64,000 nucleotides of DNA, from positions 128,001 through 192,000 of the forward strand of contig JAVYVS010000001.1 in NCBI GenBank assembly GCA_038727515.1. The letters are read 5' to 3'. The notes below the pieces were generated by a model. The model was not told the origin of the DNA. It searched no databases and was given only the letters and a program-made list of their open reading frames with translations. This DNA comes from Candidatus Methanomethylicia archaeon (GTDB taxonomy: Archaea > Thermoproteota > Methanomethylicia > Culexarchaeales > Culexarchaeaceae). Below, one piece after another: positions 59,933 to 64,000 of the stretch. The number at the start of each line of letters is the position of its first letter. The stretch's first letter is position 1. The position numbers were made by a program, and so were the translations under genes.

Positions 59933-61174
59933 TTGATAGCTGGTGCTGAAATTCTACTATTATTTGTTTTCACAGTTTTTCTAGGTTATTTAAGTGAATT
60001 ATTTTATGATAAGACTAGAGTTCCAGATATTATTTGGCTAATTTTTTTCGGCATATTTCTAGGTCCAGTTCTACATTTATATGATCCTTCCCCATTTATT
60101 AGGGCTTCTCCAATTATGAGTATTATTGCATTGTGTATAATAGTTTTTGATGCTGGTATACATATGGATTTTAATGTTTTTCTAAAATCTTTTCCACGTA
60201 GCCTACCTTTAACCTTCCTATACTATTTTCTAACAATAATTATTGTGGGTATTACATCCTACATGTTTATGCATAACTACCTCAGTCTATTGGAATGTAT
60301 TTTGCTTGGAGCTATGTTTAGTAATAGTGCAGTAACTGTTTCTGCAGTTTTACGTAATCTAGAATCTTCTTCAAATGTTGATTTAAATAACATTAGGAAT
60401 ATTTTGTTATTGGAGTCAATATTATCTGATTCTATAGCTTTTATAACTGTAATAACTATTATTCGATTAATTATAACTCCATATATGTCTATTATTGAAG
60501 GTTTTGAGAATGTATTTCTATCTTTCATTTTCTCTCTTAGTTTTGGCTCTCTTAGTGGGATTCTTTGGAGTTTTATTTTAAATAAACTTAGTCATCGAAA
60601 ATTTAATTATATTCTTACGATGGCTATGGTATTTTTTGTTTATGTTTTTTCAGAGGAACTTGTGGAAGGGTCGGGTGTTTTATCCCTTTTATTTTATGCT
60701 TTGCTAATTGTTAATAGTGATACTCTTTTTGAGAAATTTGGTTTAAAGGATCATTTCATAGTGGATTCTAAACATTTACGTGAATTTCATGAAGAAATGA
60801 CCTTTCTTTTGAAATCATTTTTCTTTGTTTTTGTTGGTTTAATAATGCAATTTTCCTTTGAGCATGTTTTCTTTGGTCTTATAGTTTCGTTGGTAATGTT
60901 TGGTTCTAGAGTTTTATGCACCATCATTTATGATTTTATGTTTAAGCTTAATCATATTGAGAAATTTGCGATTATGTATACTTTTACAAATGGTTTATCT
61001 ACTCTTGTAATGTCTCGTCTCCCCTCGGTATATGATCCAAATAAATTGTTCTTTAAAAATTCTGAAATTTACACTAATATCTGTTTTATCACTGTTTTTG
61101 TAACTGTTCTATTAGGGATTTTTATAGCTCCATATATGATCTCAAGAAATATAAAATCTATAAATAAATGTTAA
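59933..61174 (+). CDS. CPA1/NhaP-type cation:proton antiporter
   Basis: RVPDIIWLIFFGIFLGP, FDAG, LESILSD, FHEEMTFLLKSFFFVFVG. Confidence 0.88.
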   Translation: MIAGAEILLLFVFTVFLGYLSELFYDKTRVPDIIWLIFFGIFLGPVLHLYDPSPFIRASPIMSIIALCIIVFDAGIHMDFNVFLKSFPRSLPLTFLYYFLTIIIVGITSYMFMHNYLSLLECILLGAMFSNSAVTVSAVLRNLESSSNVDLNNIRNILLLESILSDSIAFITVITIIRLIITPYMSIIEGFENVFLSFIFSLSFGSLSGILWSFILNKLSHRKFNYILTMAMVFFVYVFSEELVEGSGVLSLLFYALLIVNSDTLFEKFGLKDHFIVDSKHLREFHEEMTFLLKSFFFVFVGLIMQFSFEHVFFGLIVSLVMFGSRVLCTIIYDFMFKLNHIEKFAIMYTFTNGLSTLVMSRLPSVYDPNKLFFKNSEIYTNICFITVFVTVLLGIFIAPYMISRNIKSINKC

Positions 61175-61182
61175 TTTTCATT

Positions 61183-61947
61183 TTACATATCTTCCATGGC
61201 TTCATTCATCATTTGATTCACTATTTTTGTAATGTTTATTAGTTTTGATTTTACTGTTTTGAGATTTATGGCTAATTCAACATCATATACCTTTATAAGT
61301 TCTCTCAAAGTTTTTATTTCAGTTTTTATTTCTCTAAGATGTCTTATCATCTTATTTTTATCATCTTTATTAAGGTCTTGTAGCATCATGCTTATTTTTT
61401 CAGTTCTCTTCATTAATGATCGTTTTAAATCTTCTATAAACACTTTACCACTTCTTGGATATATCAATTTTAATCTAGATGCACTTATAACTTTACCTCC
61501 ATACATTATTATCTTTTTTATCAATATATTTGGTGAAATAATTCTACTTCCAATATATTCATCGTAGTTTATATAGGGGAATAAATATATCAAGCTTGAA
61601 GCTTTAAAACATGGTGCCCTATTAATCAGTCTATATATGGTTCTATTTCCACTTATATCCTTTAAAGGTTCATATGCCACTAGAATTAAGCTTCCAAGAT
61701 TATATATTCCATTTTCATAATCTATCTTTGCTTTTTCAACATTTCTACTAGTCTTTAATACTATTAAAGGTTCATTTTCACCCAGATTCTCATAGAACTC
61801 CTTATTTATCCTATTTGATATAAATAAATTCTTTTTCAATTTAAGCGGCATGGTTTTGGATTCTTCTACTATCCTATTCAAAATTGAATCATCATGTAGA
61901 ATTATATAGAACGGCATTATTTTCAAAATGAACCTATTATATACCAA
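61183..61947 (-). CDS. Hypothetical protein with a possible ChrB-N/PaaX-like ferredoxin-fold segment and helical C-terminus
   Basis: LVAYEP...IYRLINRAPCFKASSLIYLFP; C-terminal coiled-coil pattern. Confidence 0.45.
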   Translation of the reverse strand: MVYNRFILKIMPFYIILHDDSILNRIVEESKTMPLKLKKNLFISNRINKEFYENLGENEPLIVLKTSRNVEKAKIDYENGIYNLGSLILVAYEPLKDISGNRTIYRLINRAPCFKASSLIYLFPYINYDEYIGSRIISPNILIKKIIMYGGKVISASRLKLIYPRSGKVFIEDLKRSLMKRTEKISMMLQDLNKDDKNKMIRHLREIKTEIKTLRELIKVYDVELAINLKTVKSKLINITKIVNQMMNEAMEDM

Positions 61948-62025
61948 AATAAAAGTTTAATGTTAATCATATATGAAAATAATTATAAAAAAATGAGGGA
62001 GTATTAAGATTTATTTAAAGGTAAT

Positions 62026-62073
62026 TTACTTCTTCTTCTTTGGTTTCTTCTCCTCAGGTTTCTTCTCGGCCAT
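62026..62073 (-). CDS. Putative 15-aa Lys-rich micropeptide MAEKKPEEKKPKKKK
   Basis: AAGGAGGTGA Shine-Dalgarno sequence 5 nt before the ATG; below the ORF track length cutoff. Confidence 0.55.
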   Translation of the reverse strand: MAEKKPEEKKPKKKK

Positions 62074-62092
62074 ATTTTTCACCTCCTTCTAC

Positions 62093-62121
62093 AAAAAAGA
62101 AAACCCCATATAGGGGTTTTC
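62093..62121 (-). terminator. Stem-loop plus U-tract
   Basis: GAAAACCCC-TATAT-GGGGTTTTC followed by TTTTTT, overlapping the TGA of the 62120-62404 gene. Confidence 0.65.
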
Positions 62122-62404
62122 ACCATTCTTCTTCCTCTTCCTCCTCTTCCTCTTCCTCCCACTCTTCCTCTTCCCATTCTTCCTCTTCTTCCCACTCTTC
62201 TTCCTCTAACTCTTCCCATTCTTCCTCTTCTTCTTCTTCCTCTTCCTCAACAACTTTTAAATTCCATCTACGACCCTTTTGCTCTATGGATAGTGAGACT
62301 CCACAGGATGGGCACTCGATTACATCTCCTACATGTGGCTTTTCCCCTAAGTCAATGGTTTCATCACATATTGGACATCTAGCTTTAGGCATTTCTATAA
62401 CCAT
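62120..62404 (-). CDS. LysW-like zinc-ribbon protein with a 42-aa Glu/Trp tail
   Basis: CPIC...VGDVIECPSCGVSL; tail of 36 E, 5 W and 1 L; lacks the terminal EDWGE. Confidence 0.75.
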   Translation of the reverse strand: MVIEMPKARCPICDETIDLGEKPHVGDVIECPSCGVSLSIEQKGRRWNLKVVEEEEEEEEEEWEELEEEEWEEEEEWEEEEWEEEEEEEEEEEW

Positions 62405-62419
62405 TTTCTATTTGAACTT

Positions 62420-62440
62420 ATTATACTAAAAAGGTTTTTC
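62420..62440 (-). promoter_or_regulatory. BRE-TATA promoter of the LysW-like gene
   Basis: GAAAAACCTTTTTA about 23 nt upstream of the start; same 14-mer as in the CRISPR leader. Confidence 0.6.
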
Positions 62441-62669
62441 ACACATATACCTCTTCCTTATTTTTCCACATTTAACATTTTCATATATATTTTTACTTTA
62501 TTTTCCATAATTCGTCCTAATAGTATCTTTTTATTTGTTTTTTGAATTTTATTTTATTTATTTCGCGATTTTTATCCTTATTAGTTTAAAATGTTTCTGT
62601 CAATTTTTTATATTCTCATTTATATTTTTAATGTATTCTTAAAAAAAGTATTTAAATTTATTAATTGGT

Positions 62670-64000
62670 TTATGTTGTAATTCTTACTTTTTCGAATTTT
62701 ATTGATGGTGCAATTAATGAACCTCTTTGTTTTATGTCATCTCCTTGTTCGGTGTACTTCTCTAATAATTCTTTGAATGTTCCAGCGATCATGCATCCCT
62801 TCACCTGCCCTATTATTTCTCCCTTCTTTATTATGTAGGAGGGATTTGCAGTTATTGAGAAGGCTCCTGTCGCTATGTTTGTACTATGTGCACCCATTAC
62901 CCCCTGAATTATTATACCTTCATTTACTTCTCTTATTAATTCTTCTAGCTTTACTTCTTCACCCTTTATTATTTGGTTCCTGGGTGCAATAGTTATTGGT
63001 GTTCTAAATTGTCTAAAGGCGTTACCTGTACTCTCCCTATTTTCTTTATGTGCTGTGTAACTATCATATATGTAGCTTTTCAATATTCCATTTTCTATTA
63101 TTATGGTTTTTTGTGATGGTACTCCTTCCACATCTGTGGGTGTTGTTCTTAATCCACCTTTTAATGTTCCATCATCTATTATTGTTAATTTTTCTGAAGC
63201 TACTAATTCACCTATTTTCCCCGTTAGGTATGATTTTCCCTCTTGAACATTATATGCATCTATAGCTCTTATGAAGGCGAATTCCATTAGGGATTCAAGA
63301 GCTTCTGGACTAAATATAACAGTTTTTTCTCCAGATTCAATTCTATCTACTTTGAAACCTATTTTCACTTTTTCTATTGCTTCCTCCATGTATTTTCTCA
63401 AATTTATCTTATTTAATTCTCTACTAGCTTCCCCCTCCCATCCTAGACTTCTAATACCATTCTTTTCTCCAAGTATTGATACTCCTGCATTTACAATTGT
63501 TTCTCTAAAACTTACTTCTACTCCTAAATTATTATGTATGGCTCTTTCAGTTGATGTAAAGCTGATATTTGAACTTATGGTGTTGAAGTTTGGATCTGCA
63601 TCTAATCCTTCACTTAATATCTTTCTTAATTCTTCAAAGGTTTCTTCTATTGGTGGTGTTAATATCTTTGGATCAAATATCCCCTCAACCTGTGTAGGCG
63701 TTTTTGGTGATGGTAGTGTTTTGAATTCTGGATCTGGATCTTTTATCTTTGCTAATTTTATTGCTGTTTTAACGGTTTCCTCAATGCTTTCTTCATCTAG
63801 TATCGTTGTGTAAGAATATGCTAAACTCTTTCCAACAATTACTCTTATACTTAATCCCTTTATTTCTTCACTTGATCCACTCCTACTCTTAATACCACTT
63901 TTCCTATCGTTAGAGGTTAATATGCTTATTCTATTGGATATTGTAGCATAGGCTTCTGCTTGTGTTGCATTATTCTTTAAAGCTTTTTCTACAGCTATTC
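62670..64000 (-). CDS. TldE/PmbA family protein, 5'-truncated by window edge
   Basis: Frame is open from the window end (AEAY...GLSIRVIVG...); IDDGTLKGG...DVEGVP, STGNA, GAFS, APSI. Confidence 0.9.
   Translation of the reverse strand, partial: IAVEKALKNNATQAEAYATISNRISILTSNDRKSGIKSRSGSSEEIKGLSIRVIVGKSLAYSYTTILDEESIEETVKTAIKLAKIKDPDPEFKTLPSPKTPTQVEGIFDPKILTPPIEETFEELRKILSEGLDADPNFNTISSNISFTSTERAIHNNLGVEVSFRETIVNAGVSILGEKNGIRSLGWEGEASRELNKINLRKYMEEAIEKVKIGFKVDRIESGEKTVIFSPEALESLMEFAFIRAIDAYNVQEGKSYLTGKIGELVASEKLTIIDDGTLKGGLRTTPTDVEGVPSQKTIIIENGILKSYIYDSYTAHKENRESTGNAFRQFRTPITIAPRNQIIKGEEVKLEELIREVNEGIIIQGVMGAHSTNIATGAFSITANPSYIIKKGEIIGQVKGCMIAGTFKELLEKYTEQGDDIKQRGSLIAPSIKFEKVRITT

Noticed and set aside
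62040-62429. Ser-rich plus-strand ORF
   Set aside because: Antisense shadow of the poly-Glu gene
62670-63401. Apparently short or split TldE/PmbA
   Set aside because: The frame stays open to position 64000; the gene is only cut by the window edge
1-64000. tRNA, rRNA, C/D-box sRNA, IS elements and self-targeting spacers
   Set aside because: None recognised by eye; intergenic regions are AT-rich without convincing structure. tRNAscan-SE, Infernal and BLASTN would be needed to exclude them

Overview
AT-rich (roughly 30% GC by eye) chromosomal window from an anaerobic archaeon. The taxonomy is inferred, most likely Thermoproteota/TACK, from the ATTGAAAG-type CRISPR repeat, BRE-TATA promoters, class III signal-peptide pilins, an MNT-HEPN pair, a LipS1-like enzyme and an MtrH-like protein. 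From left to right: a cas-less 29-repeat CRISPR array with leader; a complete non-pyrrolysine methyltransferase module (RamA/RACo activator, MtrH/MtgA-like, two MttB-superfamily enzymes, one corrinoid protein); an MNT-HEPN pair; a bacterial-type NagB-PIG-L fusion; two pilin-like genes; a UbiD decarboxylase; an SppA-GldG-like fusion; an uncharacterised four-gene membrane operon (DUF6754-like) containing codon-usage patches; several gene remnants; lipoate, serine and glycine genes; a group 3b hydrogenase operon divergent from a group 4 hydrogenase operon led by a polyferredoxin, an HdrC C-terminal fragment and HdrB; a LysW-like zinc ribbon with a Glu/Trp tail followed by an unannotated 15-aa Lys-rich micro-ORF; and a partial TldE/PmbA gene. 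No rRNA, tRNA, transposase or integrase was recognised. All family calls come from motif recognition by eye, not database searches.
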